Assembly (NCBI GenBank): GCA_965237905.1
Contig: OZ250172.1
Span: forward strand, 1,696,001 to 1,760,000
DNA: 64,000 nt
Direction: 5' to 3'
From: Nitrospinaceae bacterium
GTDB lineage: Bacteria > Nitrospinota > Nitrospinia > Nitrospinales > Nitrospinaceae
Positions 8,801 to 19,372 of this stretch are shown piece by piece (the first letter of the stretch is position 1; every line of letters starts with the position of its first letter). Below the pieces are notes generated by a model. It had not been told where the DNA came from, did no database searches, and was given only the letters and a program-made list of their open reading frames with translations. The position numbers and the translations under genes are program-made.

Positions 8801-9197
8801 AGGATTTTTCCGCGCCCAGTTTTATCAAATCCTCGCTCCGAAACCCGATGCGTTTCGCCTCTTTATGGTCCTTGCGCCGGACCATGACGGTAAGCATGAC
8901 GTTGGTCTGGGTGACGTGTTGCATCAGCTTGACCGGCTCGCCGGTCATCGCAGCTCCGTAAAAAATGATCATGTCGTTGCCGTGGTAACCGATACCAGTG
9001 ATGTAAAATGGCTTGTCCCCGAACGAGACCATGGACGCGCCCACTTCCTGATCCGGGTTGAGGACGCGTTCGAAATCGGCGATGTGCGCCATCAGCTTTT
9101 TGAACATGCACTCTGCCGCTGACGGAACCCCCGGAATCGGGATGTCGCACGCAACGGTCAAATTGGGACTGGGAACGGGGGATCGATTGTCTTCCAT
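8763..9197 (-). CDS. DUF6173-like protein
   Basis: FYITGIGYHGNDMIIFYG...PVKLMQHVTQTNVML...RIGF; C-terminus extended by the repeat. Confidence 0.7.
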   Translation of the reverse strand: MEDNRSPVPSPNLTVACDIPIPGVPSAAECMFKKLMAHIADFERVLNPDQEVGASMVSFGDKPFYITGIGYHGNDMIIFYGAAMTGEPVKLMQHVTQTNVMLTVMVRRKDHKEAKRIGFRSEDLIKLGAEKSSLSSPEGELADS

Positions 9198-9289
9198 AAT
9201 ATCACCTCAGGGTTGGTCTGCCTGATGGTTAGTCGGCTTGGGGGACCGGGTCTTACAGGCTATATGATCCCCATCTTAAAACGTCCGGG

Positions 9290-11308
9290 TTATGGGTTCA
9301 ACGATGAAATGATATCGGGAATATCTTTTAAATGCTTGAAGCGTTTTTGTTTCTTATTGAGGAGTTCTTTTAATTTCTCGGGATCGGCTGGTCTCTTTTT
9401 TAAGTAATTCTTGTAGGAGACCTGCCCGAAGTCAACAGCCAGGTCGGGAATTGGACTCAACTTTTTCAATTCACTGCTGGAGGTCAAATCACGCGGTGGC
9501 ATCCAAGCCGATAATGTGACGCAGGTGGGTTTGGGTTCTCCCTCCTTTAGCTCCGATTCCCGGCAATCTCTCACCCCCCAGTTAATATAATCTTTGTCGA
9601 TGATCAGTTTCTCAAACCAGGCGATCACCGCCTCTTGTTCCGCTTCCGTCTCATAGAAATATTTCACGAATATATAGGCTTCGCCGGGTGGAACGAGAGT
9701 CCAAACAATACCCGGAAGATCTTCAATATTCTGGAAGCGATGTTTGATTCCCTTGTATTTCAACAATCCGGATTTTAAAGTAATGTCGGGAGGCACTTCT
9801 TGGAGTTTCCGCAAATGGCTTGGAATCCACCAAAGGGGCCGAACCCCGCCGAACAATCGGACACAGGTTGAAGGAGGCTCCCCTTCCGGCTGTTCTGATG
9901 GTTCGCAATCCTCCGTATTCCAAATCAAATAACTTTTATGGATTACCATTTCTTCCAGCCAGGCCAGGAGCGCCTCGTGCTCTGCTTCGGTTCGGTATTG
10001 ATAATCCATATAAAATTCAGCCTTCTTCAGCGGGGGTTTTTCGACAACACTGGGAGGAGATATCAATGAATTCGGGACAAATGAAGATATTATTTTGGGA
10101 ATATTATCCAGATATTTAATCGGATAGGTCTTGCCGCGGTACATGACCCAACCGGAATCAAAATATACTTTGGGAACTGGATGCCATTTTTCCTTTTCCT
10201 GGCTCCAGGTCAAATCGCGAGGAACCATACTTGCGGAAATTTCCAGGCAGGTGGGAATGAAATGATCCGGCTCCGATGCATCCGCCTTGCAATCCGTTTC
10301 CGATGCGATCACCTCGCCTTTTTCTCCAACCAGCGTTTGCATCCATTGGATCGGAACCTTTTTATCAACCTGGGGTCCGGGAACCACAACAACAAAAATA
10401 TCGACCATGTCCTCCTGAGAAGCTTCCGGTCCCAGCGATGAAATTAAGTCGGGTAGTTCACTCAACAGTCTAAATTTTTTCTTCTTATCCTGATATTTGA
10501 GGAATGAAACACGCATGTAATCATCGAGGTAAAAAAATTCGCTCCACTTCTTTTTTTCTACAGGCGTAAAATCACGGGGAATCATACTTACGGAAATTTC
10601 CAGACAGGTGAAAATAAAGCGATCTGACCCCGCTTCATCTGCTTCATCCGCTTTACAATCTCTTTCTAACTCGCTTACTTTGCCCGTTTCCCCAGCCAAC
10701 CTTTGCATCCATCGGATCAGACCCGTTTTATCAACCTGGGGTCCGGGAACCACAACAACAAAAATATCGACCATGTCCACCTGAGAAGCTTCCGGTCCAA
10801 GCGATGAAATTAAGTCGGGTAATTGACTCAACACCTCAAAATTTTTCTTCTTGCCTTGATATTTAATGAAAGATACATACATGAATGTCTTGATGGAGGG
10901 GAATTCCATCAACTTCTTTTTTTCTTCAGGCGTAAAATTGCGAGGCGCCATCCAGACTTCGATTTCCAAACAGGTAGGAGTATCCACTCCCTCGCCCCGT
11001 TCCGATTCTCCACAATCGTTCAGGGTTTTAGGAATATTATAACGGCCTTCGGGCCCCACCAGGACTTTCAACCAACCCTCCAAGGGTGTGGGCACATAAC
11101 CCTCTCCCACCCCCCAGAGAAAATAAACATAAACTTCCTCCGGAGGCTTGGGTTTCGGACTGGCCGGGGTGGCTGACTCTGTACTCTGGGCGGTAGAAAT
11201 CTCCGGAGTATTCTTCGCATGCTTTCCTAAAGTCAGAACCAATATAAACAGAAAGCAGAGCATGATCAAAATCAAGATTTGCGAGCGATTCGCCGGAGGC
11301 TTTTCCAT
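9290..11308 (-). CDS. Membrane-anchored protein with five tandem Cys-pair modules
   Basis: N-terminal TM; five repeats of W....DC....TC(L/V).(I/L).....P; near-identical DNA at ~10360-10467 and ~10726-10833. Confidence 0.75.
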   Translation of the reverse strand: MEKPPANRSQILILIMLCFLFILVLTLGKHAKNTPEISTAQSTESATPASPKPKPPEEVYVYFLWGVGEGYVPTPLEGWLKVLVGPEGRYNIPKTLNDCGESERGEGVDTPTCLEIEVWMAPRNFTPEEKKKLMEFPSIKTFMYVSFIKYQGKKKNFEVLSQLPDLISSLGPEASQVDMVDIFVVVVPGPQVDKTGLIRWMQRLAGETGKVSELERDCKADEADEAGSDRFIFTCLEISVSMIPRDFTPVEKKKWSEFFYLDDYMRVSFLKYQDKKKKFRLLSELPDLISSLGPEASQEDMVDIFVVVVPGPQVDKKVPIQWMQTLVGEKGEVIASETDCKADASEPDHFIPTCLEISASMVPRDLTWSQEKEKWHPVPKVYFDSGWVMYRGKTYPIKYLDNIPKIISSFVPNSLISPPSVVEKPPLKKAEFYMDYQYRTEAEHEALLAWLEEMVIHKSYLIWNTEDCEPSEQPEGEPPSTCVRLFGGVRPLWWIPSHLRKLQEVPPDITLKSGLLKYKGIKHRFQNIEDLPGIVWTLVPPGEAYIFVKYFYETEAEQEAVIAWFEKLIIDKDYINWGVRDCRESELKEGEPKPTCVTLSAWMPPRDLTSSSELKKLSPIPDLAVDFGQVSYKNYLKKRPADPEKLKELLNKKQKRFKHLKDIPDIISSLNP

Positions 11309-11394
11309 AAAAAAATCAGGTCCTTCAACTGTGAGAGTTACCCCTCCAGTGTAAGGCCTGATTTAAAAATGACCAGTGATTTAAGCGCCCAACC

Positions 11395-11547
11395 CGGCCA
11401 GCGTGACTCCGGGCGGCGAATCGCCGCAGACCAGCATGACGCTGGACCCAACCGGGCAAGGCCCGGCGCAAATTTTAAAACGGTGAATTGTGCTCAACGA
11501 TTGACGCTTGCTGTTAACGGTCAACCCGTTCCCCCTCTGGGGAAGAG
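11395..11547. repeat. Dispersed repeat copy abutting tRNA-Ser 3' end
   Basis: gaatcgccgcagaccagcatgacgctgg...aattgtgctcaac...gttaacggtcaacccgttccccctctggggaagag. Confidence 0.8.
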
Positions 11548-11637
<90 letters not shown>

Positions 11638-11669
11638 GTTTTAAAATGTGAAGCGCAGGGAAGGGATAC

Positions 11670-11843
11670 TTTGAATTGCGCCCAAGAATTCCCTCTTGCA
11701 ATGAACCGTCAGCCAGCTCCCCCTCCGGGAAGGAGCGGCAAACCGCCGCAGGCCAGCGTGACGCTGGACCCAAATTCTGAATCGCGCTCAACGATCTTCG
11801 TTCGCCGTTAACGGTCGGCAAGTTCCCCCTCCGGGGAGGAGAG
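11670..11843. repeat. Two tandem dispersed repeat copies
   Basis: aattgcgcccaa...ccccctccggga; ccagcgtgacgctgg...gttaacggtcggcaagttccccctccggggag. Confidence 0.8.
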
Positions 11844-11929
<86 letters not shown>

Positions 11930-11936
11930 AGATATA

Positions 11937-12013
11937 TGGTGCGCCCAGGAGGACTCGAACCTCCGACCTACGGTTCCGCAAACCGTCGCTCTATCCAACT
12001 GAGCCATGGGCGC
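11937..12013 (-). tRNA. tRNA-Arg(GCG)
   Basis: Anticodon arm acggt-ttGCGga-accgt; CCA end; 77 nt. Confidence 0.92.
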
Positions 12014-12015
12014 AT

Positions 12016-12216
12016 GCGGCGAATCGCCGCTGATAATTTTAAAATTCTGGCTGGCGCAAATCGCTGTTCAATTTCGCCATAACACCTTTGCAAAATTTCT
12101 TCCGGGCGTGGCCCGGGCGGCGAATCGCCGCTGATAATTTTAAAACCTTGGTACGCGAACGCAACGGATTGAATTCGCAATCAGCTTCCAGCAAAATTCT
12201 CACCGGGCATGGCCCG
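12016..12216. repeat. Duplicated repeat modules
   Basis: gcggcgaatcgccgctgataattttaaaa occurs twice; ccgggc..ggcccgg hairpin twice. Confidence 0.7.
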
Positions 12217-12217
12217 G

Positions 12218-12889
12218 TTAGCTGGTCGGGGCCGGGATAAAGTCCATCAATTGCAGACTGTACCGCTTGTGTTCAAACGCGTAGAGGCCGGGATACTTGG
12301 CGAACGTCCAGCCGTTGTAAATCTCCTTGCCCTTTTCCGTAATCACAAGATGAATAGCCGGATTGCCCAGTGTGTTGTCCATCGACGTGTAACGGGTCTG
12401 GTCCAAAACGAAATTTGGAAAAAACGGACCTGCGCTAACGGTGATCCCGCTGTCGCCAAGTTGAAACGTCGAACCCAGTTCCACGGTCTGTATCGTGTTG
12501 CGTTCTTCATCCGATTTATCGCGGACGAGTATTTTAACCGCTTTCCATTTGCCTGCAACACTTTTCGGAACGGTAATTTCGCGGCGGACGTTTTTCTGGT
12601 CTTCGGCGATGGGCGGATGGCCGTCGATATCGGTCCCCGAACCTTCGGCCAACTGTTGATCGGTCAGGGGCGGCGGGGTTTGGGTCTCGGAACCTTCGCT
12701 GGGTTTCGCACCAGTCGTCCCGATTTCCGACAGGTCCACCGCACCCTCAACTTTGCGGTCGGGCTCCTCGCCGCATCCTAAAACCAGAAGCAGGGCCAAA
12801 ACGAGGGGGGTCCATACTTTCATCCATATCAATTTCATATGCTTTCCAAGAGGTTTCATCATTGGTAAGGTGTCTCTCTTTATTACCAT
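12218..12889 (-). CDS. DUF2155-like lipoprotein (true start probably downstream of 12889)
   Basis: Lipobox LVLGC; NPAIHLVITE...YNGWTFAKYP...FEHKRYSL. Confidence 0.65.
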   Translation of the reverse strand: MVIKRDTLPMMKPLGKHMKLIWMKVWTPLVLALLLVLGCGEEPDRKVEGAVDLSEIGTTGAKPSEGSETQTPPPLTDQQLAEGSGTDIDGHPPIAEDQKNVRREITVPKSVAGKWKAVKILVRDKSDEERNTIQTVELGSTFQLGDSGITVSAGPFFPNFVLDQTRYTSMDNTLGNPAIHLVITEKGKEIYNGWTFAKYPGLYAFEHKRYSLQLMDFIPAPTS

Positions 12890-13134
12890 AAAGAACGCAG
12901 GATTCGCAATGATGTTGTTAATCCAAACAGTTGTCAGTTGGAAATCTCTGCCATCACGGTAAGCAGGCCTAACAGCTCAGCCCCACCCAATCTGGCAACA
13001 CAGGGATCTCGGCCTTCCTTAAGTGGGATCAACCTGGCCCAACGAACACTCATCCAAAAGAGACCCCATAGAAAGTTGTTAAAATATATAGACTTATAAT
13101 ATTATCAAACATGTTTGATTTTTGAGGAAATCCT

Positions 13135-13824
13135 ATGTCTAAAAGCCGAATGACTCCCAAATCGATCCGTAGCCGCCAGAAAATTCTGGATGCAGCTTTG
13201 CTCCTGTTCGTCGAAAAGGGGTATGACAAGGCCACTATGCGGCAGATTGCCGTCCAAGTGGGTATGGCACCGGGCTCGATTTACCACCATTTCCCTACCA
13301 AGGAGCATATTGTCCAGACGTTCTACGACGTGATCCACGAGGAGCACGCGCAGGCCTGTGTGAGCATTCTGCTGAGTGAAATCAAGCTGGAGCATCGCCT
13401 GCGGGAGGTGATCCGGAAAAAAATCCAATTGGCTGAACCCTTTAAAAAGGTTTCCGGCGTGCTGTTCCGGGTGGCCTCGGATCCCCACAATCCGTTGTCC
13501 CCATTCAGCGCCCAATCCTCCCCCACTCGTGACAAGAGTCTGGCCCTGTTCCGGGAGCTAGTGGCGGGTTCCAGCGCCAAACTCCCGGAGGATGTCGACA
13601 TCCTGTTGGCCGATTATCTGTGGCTGTACCAGATGGGGATCATCCTGTACTGGATTCACGATACCTCGGAAAATTCCCGGAAAACCTTCCGGCTCATTGA
13701 CCGGACCGTCAAGCTGATTCAAACACTGGTCGAACTTTCCAGCCTTCCCCTGATTGCCCCCTTCCGTAAAAAATTCACCAAATTGATGCTCGAATTTTTA
13801 CCGGACTGGGGGAGGAGTGAATGA
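13135..13824 (+). CDS. TetR family transcriptional regulator
   Basis: ILDAALLLFVEKGYDKATMRQIA...GSIYHHFPTKE; PLSPFS. Confidence 0.92.
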   Translation: MSKSRMTPKSIRSRQKILDAALLLFVEKGYDKATMRQIAVQVGMAPGSIYHHFPTKEHIVQTFYDVIHEEHAQACVSILLSEIKLEHRLREVIRKKIQLAEPFKKVSGVLFRVASDPHNPLSPFSAQSSPTRDKSLALFRELVAGSSAKLPEDVDILLADYLWLYQMGIILYWIHDTSENSRKTFRLIDRTVKLIQTLVELSSLPLIAPFRKKFTKLMLEFLPDWGRSE

Positions 13825-14975
13825 AAAGCCGACCTATCAACAAAGTACGTATTTACTGGGGAGCGTTCTTCCTGGTGCTGGTGCTGGCTTGCATGATGTA
13901 CCAGTTGCAGGTTTTCTGGGGGGTATGGTTCCTGGTGCCGGCATTGATCGGGTTGGTGTACCAATTGCGAATTTACTGGGGAGTCTTGCTGATAGTACTG
14001 GCGGTAGCCGGCATGATGTATCAGTTTCTGGTGGCCGGACATCTGGAACAGACGTCGGCCCTGTTCATGGGGATCGCCACGGTTCTGGCTCTGGGCCTTT
14101 CTTTGTTGCCGCTGTCCGAAAATGCCACGGGCAATCCAGCACCTAAAAGCACCACGGGTAATATTGTGTTGGGGACCATGATCGCCCTGGCATTGTCGAT
14201 GATTGTGTTTCGGGAGGGGGCCGTATGCATCCTGATGGCCACTCCCTTATTTCTGACGATAGGGGCTTTCATAGGCCAGGGATTGGACGCCGTTAGAAAC
14301 CCAAAAAATAAAGCCCGGATGAGAATGGTGCTGGCATTGATCTTTCTACCGCTTTCGTTGGAGGGAGTGACGGATGAATTGTCTTTCAACCGAAGCGAAA
14401 CCGTCACTGTCAGCCGAGTAGTGGCCCTGTCTCCGGATCGGGTTGAGCAAAACCTGGCCCGCATGCCGGATTTATCCAAAACCCTGCCTGCGTTCCTGCA
14501 ATTGGGTTTCCCCGAACCACAGCACTACAGTGGGGCGGATTTAAAAGTCGGGGCACAACGATGTTTTCATGTTCCGGCCAGGGAAAATCTGTCCGGCGAG
14601 GTGTGCTGGACCATCGAACAGCGAGGCTCCAACCACGTCCTGTTCAAGCTGGTGAAAGACGAGAGCAAAATTGCGCACTGGATGACCTGGCGCACCGCCA
14701 AAGTGGAATGGTCCGCCGAAGGTGGCGGCCAGCGTGACGCTGGGCGGCGAATCGCCGCAGATAATTTAAAATCTGAAATTGCGCCCAGGGAATCTACCTC
14801 GGAGTCAACCGTCAGCCAGTTGCCTCCCCTGCAAAGGGGTAACGGTCGGACCCGTGTGGTGGTCACGCTCAAATTCTGGCGGGAGCTCGACCCGGCGTGG
14901 TATTTCAGCCCGCTGGAACGGTACGCGGTGGGCCTGACGGGTGGTTATCTGATTGAAGCTTATCTGGGGCAATGA
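13821..14975 (+). CDS. Membrane protein with SRPBCC-like C-terminal domain; carries an in-frame repeat insertion
   Basis: REGAVCILMATPL; LGFPEP; RELDPAWYFSPLE; three 20-aa N-terminal repeats; repeat-derived segment ~14727-14840. Confidence 0.65.
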   Translation: MKSRPINKVRIYWGAFFLVLVLACMMYQLQVFWGVWFLVPALIGLVYQLRIYWGVLLIVLAVAGMMYQFLVAGHLEQTSALFMGIATVLALGLSLLPLSENATGNPAPKSTTGNIVLGTMIALALSMIVFREGAVCILMATPLFLTIGAFIGQGLDAVRNPKNKARMRMVLALIFLPLSLEGVTDELSFNRSETVTVSRVVALSPDRVEQNLARMPDLSKTLPAFLQLGFPEPQHYSGADLKVGAQRCFHVPARENLSGEVCWTIEQRGSNHVLFKLVKDESKIAHWMTWRTAKVEWSAEGGGQRDAGRRIAADNLKSEIAPRESTSESTVSQLPPLQRGNGRTRVVVTLKFWRELDPAWYFSPLERYAVGLTGGYLIEAYLGQ

Positions 14976-16330
14976 TTATGGACAAAATAGAACTTGGTCA
15001 ACAAATTATCCAACTCCGAGTGCTGTTTTTGCTCGGCCCCGTTTCCCTTGTGTATCTTCTGCTGTGTTTCCGGGCGATCACCTACCGGCAGTTGACCGGA
15101 ATATATTTGTCCACCCTCTGGTGCTTTTTAAGTCTCCTGTTCCTTAACCCTTTGATCATCGAACTGGGTGGATGGGAGTATAAGGTTTCCAAAATTACGT
15201 TCATGCAAATTCCAATGGATGTGTTGATCGGTTGGGCGGTGTTTTGGGGCGCAATTCCCCATCTTATTAAAATTCCGGGAGGAGTGTTCTCCTGGGTGGC
15301 CCTGCTGTTTCTTTTGGATCTAGCGGTCATGCCCTTGTTGGAACCCTTAGTCCAGATCCAATCGGGGTGGCAGTACTGGGACGCATTGTGTTTACTGATC
15401 GCGTTCGTGCCCTCATGGTACCTGGCCCGATGGACCGCCAGGCGGGATTTTCTGTATGTCCGCAGTTTCATGCAATTAATCATGTTCGTTTTGATCTTTA
15501 ACTGGATGATCCCTGTCTCCTTCGAACCCCATAAAATTGGAATCCTAATCCATTCCCTGATCCTTGGGAAAACGATTACCACCCACGGCATTCAAATGGC
15601 CTTCTGGGATAATAGTGGAATGCGCTGGGAGGGGTTTATCTACTGGGGCACTCTGTTATTGTTCATTACTATCCCCGGGATATCCGCAGTGCAGGAATTT
15701 GCGGCAAGAGGATGGGGCACTCCGTTTCCCCTGGATCCGCCCGTCAAGCTGGTCACCACCGGTCCCTACGCTTACATCGCCAACCCCATGCAGGCGTCAC
15801 AAACATTGATCTATGTGTGGATGGGGGTAGGGTTGAACAGCATCGGGTTTTATTTTGCGGGGTTGATGGTCATCCTGTTCGCTATCGGGTACGCCAAATG
15901 GGAGGAAGAGGAAGAAATCAAAAAGCGATTTGGAAACCGGGCCTTTCGATACAAAGTCTGGGTGCGCAGATTCATTCCACGCTGGAAACCCTGGCGTAAA
16001 AAACCCGCCACGATATACCTGGATTTGTATGGATGCATCGCCTGTTCGAATCTGGGACGGGTGCTTCTTTATCTGCAACCTACCTTATTGATCATCAAGG
16101 ATGCGCGGTTTTACGCCAGCGAAGATTTAATGCGGATGGCTTACAAAGATGTGGATGGTTTTGAAGCGCAGGGAATTCATGCGCTGGGCCGGGCGCTGGA
16201 GCACGTCAACCTGATGTGGGCCCTTGTCGGATGGACGGTGCGTCTGCCTGGAATTAGCCAACTCGGCCAGTGGATCATCGATGCTGTGTTTCCACCCCAC
16301 CGCGTCTGCCGCGTCCCGGAAGTGGAATAG
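14972..16330 (+). CDS. Isoprenylcysteine/phospholipid methyltransferase-like membrane protein with C-terminal CxxC (DCC-like) domain
   Basis: GTPFPLDPPVKLVTTGPYAYIANPMQ, WEEEEEIKKRFG; GCIACS; ALGRALEHVNL. Confidence 0.7.
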   Translation: MIMDKIELGQQIIQLRVLFLLGPVSLVYLLLCFRAITYRQLTGIYLSTLWCFLSLLFLNPLIIELGGWEYKVSKITFMQIPMDVLIGWAVFWGAIPHLIKIPGGVFSWVALLFLLDLAVMPLLEPLVQIQSGWQYWDALCLLIAFVPSWYLARWTARRDFLYVRSFMQLIMFVLIFNWMIPVSFEPHKIGILIHSLILGKTITTHGIQMAFWDNSGMRWEGFIYWGTLLLFITIPGISAVQEFAARGWGTPFPLDPPVKLVTTGPYAYIANPMQASQTLIYVWMGVGLNSIGFYFAGLMVILFAIGYAKWEEEEEIKKRFGNRAFRYKVWVRRFIPRWKPWRKKPATIYLDLYGCIACSNLGRVLLYLQPTLLIIKDARFYASEDLMRMAYKDVDGFEAQGIHALGRALEHVNLMWALVGWTVRLPGISQLGQWIIDAVFPPHRVCRVPEVE

Positions 16331-16427
16331 CCGGGCGGAGCATCTCGTTTTGCAGTCCAGCCGTCATTACATTTCTTTAACAGCACCAATGCGTTTGTTT
16401 GGGTTGTCATTTTGATGAAGTGTTAAA

Positions 16428-17738
16428 GTGATTTTTGGAGAATTTGTGAGAAAACTTATACCTCTTCTACCGGCTCTATGTATTTTTCCGATAGGAGTTC
16501 TACTTATCGAGAGTTCCGTTTTAAGGCTTCTTTGGGCAACCTTAGGGCTGCTCTTTTTACTTAAAGTTGGCTCTGTTATTCGAAATATACAGCTTTCTCT
16601 GTCGTTACCTCAAAAGCTGGGTTGGATTCTCTATTTTTTGTTCTGGCCGGGAATGCGCCCCGAGTCTTTTGCTCGTCGATCTTCACAAGATGAAGAGGTT
16701 GGACATATCTTTGTGAAAGGATTTCTATCCTTTATTTTTGGGGTTGGTATCCAGATTGTTCTTTTTTGTTATTGGAATCAAATTTCTACATTTACTAGAC
16801 AGTATCTGGGACTATTTTCTTTTTTGATTTTAATTCACTTCGGGGTTTCTTCAATGCTGTTTGTTATCTTTAGAATTCTCGGGTGGAAGGTTGAATCTCT
16901 GTTTATGTCTCCTTTCAAAAGCACCTCCCTTAGAGATTTTTGGGGCCGCAGGTGGAATCTTGCCTTCGTCGACATGGATAAACGTCTTTTTCTACCACTT
17001 TTTCCTACAAACCTACCTAAGGCGGTTAGCTTCGTGGGGATTTTTTTGCTTTCTGGTATATTGCACGAAACCGGAATTAGTTACCCTGCGAATTCAGGAT
17101 GGGGCGGACCTTTGCTATATTTTGCTATTCATGGAGCTCTTACCTGGATAGAACCAAAACTTCCAGTAATTAATAGTTCTCGCACGGCAGGCAGAATTTG
17201 GCTTTGGGTATGTATTCTTCTGCCATTGCCTCTTTTGTTTCATCAGCCATTTTTAAAATCTTTTATCGAGCCTTATTTTACTTTTGGACATAACTTGGCG
17301 TCTTCAATGAAATCGATCGAAGTTCTTAAATGGGCTATTCTTGCGTGCGGATTAGGACACTTTCTTGTTTTGGTGGCCACCTTCCAGGTTCCGAAAAAAT
17401 TGAATTGGCACGAAGAGTTTTCAAAGCTTAGCCGGTTCAATAAAAAGATTTTCTGGACCTATGGAGGCTATATTGTTTTCTGCATTGTCTCTTTTGGAAT
17501 TATAGATCTGATCAACGCAAAAGATTTAATGGATATCAATCCCAGCTCACTGGCTATCGCTTTATTCATCTCAATTTTCTGGACTGCGAGAGTTATTGTT
17601 GATTTTTCCTATTATAAACATACCGATTGGCCGCCAGGAGATGAGTTTGTCGTAGGTCACACTTGCCTAACAACACTTTTCTGTTTTTTGGCGTTAACTC
17701 ATTGGAGCCTTGTTCTATGGCAGTTGACGCAAAATTGA
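16428..17738 (+). CDS. MBOAT (wax synthase-like) acyltransferase fused to an extra membrane domain
   Basis: SPFKSTSLRDFWGRRWN and FLLSGILHE catalytic His motif; AT-rich coding. Confidence 0.8.
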   Translation: MIFGEFVRKLIPLLPALCIFPIGVLLIESSVLRLLWATLGLLFLLKVGSVIRNIQLSLSLPQKLGWILYFLFWPGMRPESFARRSSQDEEVGHIFVKGFLSFIFGVGIQIVLFCYWNQISTFTRQYLGLFSFLILIHFGVSSMLFVIFRILGWKVESLFMSPFKSTSLRDFWGRRWNLAFVDMDKRLFLPLFPTNLPKAVSFVGIFLLSGILHETGISYPANSGWGGPLLYFAIHGALTWIEPKLPVINSSRTAGRIWLWVCILLPLPLLFHQPFLKSFIEPYFTFGHNLASSMKSIEVLKWAILACGLGHFLVLVATFQVPKKLNWHEEFSKLSRFNKKIFWTYGGYIVFCIVSFGIIDLINAKDLMDINPSSLAIALFISIFWTARVIVDFSYYKHTDWPPGDEFVVGHTCLTTLFCFLALTHWSLVLWQLTQN

Positions 17739-17867
17739 AGTTAAGAAATCTCCAAGAGATAGAGGCACATGGATGGATCCCCCTTTTCTTGAATAGTTCT
17801 CGATAAGTTTCACTTTTCATTAACGGTCAGCCACTTTTCCTCCCCGGTTACGGGGCCTGGGAAGGAG

Positions 17868-17959
<92 letters not shown>

Positions 17960-17979
17960 ATTTTAAATTTTATTTGATA

Positions 17980-18137
17980 TCAATTGCGCCCAAGGATTTC
18001 GCTCACCGTCAACGTTCAGCAAGTCTCGTCCCTCGTAGAGGGCCGGGCAAGGCCCGGAGCAAATTTAAAATGCTAAATTGCGCTCCACGGTCGTCGCTCG
18101 CTGTTAACAGTTAGCCAGTTCCCCCTCTGGGGAAGAG
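17980..18137. repeat. Dispersed repeat copies between tRNAs
   Basis: ccgggcaaggcccgg...aattgcgctcc...gttaacagttagccagttccccctctggggaagag. Confidence 0.8.
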
Positions 18138-18220
18138 CGGAGGGAGTAGGATTCGAACCCACGGTACTTTCGTACAACGGTTTTCAAGACCGCCGCCTTA
18201 AACCACTCGGCCATCCCTCC
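18138..18220 (-). tRNA. tRNA-Ser(TGA), CCA not encoded
   Basis: Anticodon arm gcggt-ctTGAaa-accgt; acceptor ggaggga/tccctcc; discriminator G. Confidence 0.92.
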
Positions 18221-18344
18221 CCGCTTGGAACCCTTAGTGGACGCCGAAATCCATCACCCGTGGGTTCAGCCGAACGGTTGTGCAACCGCCGACCGCAACC
18301 CGTGGGTGTTACATGGATTTGTGGGTGTCAATATATCACGATTT

Positions 18345-18983
18345 TTAGATTTTCAAACCGGAAGCTTTGGGGATGCTCCAGGCAGTATATACGGCGAGAC
18401 CGACCCAGAGTAGATCGAAGCCACTGGCCATGGCTACAAGGTCTTCTCCAAAGTACTGGATCATTCCCATTGAGAACATGGACAGCCCTTCGGCGAATTC
18501 GGCCCCTTTCTCCGCAACGACACCGCCTTTTACCCAATCGAAGAAGAACATGTACTTGCCGATCACGATACCCAGCACACTGGCCACCACGGCGATGACT
18601 TGCAACGGCATGCCGCGTTTGCCCTGGGACATCATCACGACGCCCATTCCGCACAGCAGCCCCACACCCCAAGCCACGTACCCGACTTCATAACCGGTCC
18701 AGATGGCGATTGCCCCCCAAATGGCTCCGCTCACAACGGCGGCGATCAAGCCTCCCAACAAAGCAGGGACCAACACCTCGCCGGAAAACTCCTCCTCTTG
18801 AACGCTTTTTTTCAATTGGAAATAAATGCGTTCCACTGCCTGATTGGCTTCCGATTCGGTCATTCCCGACTGAACCAGGTTCCGCACTACTTCCGTCCGG
18901 TTTTTGCCACTCCCTAATTGTTCCGCGATCATTACTTCCAAGTCATCCTTTGATTGCGTTCCTGCCTCTCCCTTGTTCGCCAT
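18345..18983 (-). CDS. Hypothetical membrane protein
   Basis: RBS aggagg; N-terminal helical domain then ~4 TMs. Confidence 0.75.
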   Translation of the reverse strand: MANKGEAGTQSKDDLEVMIAEQLGSGKNRTEVVRNLVQSGMTESEANQAVERIYFQLKKSVQEEEFSGEVLVPALLGGLIAAVVSGAIWGAIAIWTGYEVGYVAWGVGLLCGMGVVMMSQGKRGMPLQVIAVVASVLGIVIGKYMFFFDWVKGGVVAEKGAEFAEGLSMFSMGMIQYFGEDLVAMASGFDLLWVGLAVYTAWSIPKASGLKI

Positions 18984-19160
18984 CTCAATCCTCCTTTAAA
19001 AATTGTCATAACAAGCACTTTCAATGCATGTTTTAAGTATAAGGAGGGAAACGCGAAAAAGCTAAAAAGTATTTGGAAATAAGGAGTTACAGATGGAAAG
19101 TGATTATGCCCTCCGGGTTCGGTGGGGTTTTTCAATCGGTTTGGGAACAGGATTACCTTT

Positions 19161-19360
19161 ACCTCTTGCCCAGAGGGGGAACTTGTTGACGGTTGACAGC
19201 AGACGGCAATCATTGAGCACAATTGAAAGATTTCAATTGTGCTCCGGGGAGGCGGCGGCGAATCTATGTTTTAAACGTAAACCCAGATTCTTCGTCGCAT
19301 ACGCTCCTCAGAATGACAGAGAAATATTTATTGTCATCCTGAGCGCCAGCGAAGGATCTG
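19161..19360. repeat. Main repeat copy plus a second REP-like inverted pair
   Basis: cccagagggggaacttgttgacggttgac...ttgagcacaatt; agattcttcg...cagaatgaca / tgtcatcctgagcg...gaaggatct. Confidence 0.7.
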
Positions 19361-19372
19361 TGTTTTAATAAT

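Noticed and set aside
11335..11360. Minus-strand ggcctTACACTggagggg upstream of the five-module gene as a fourth promoter cassette
   Set aside because: Only the -10 half resembles the moron repeat; the CCCGCT core is absent.
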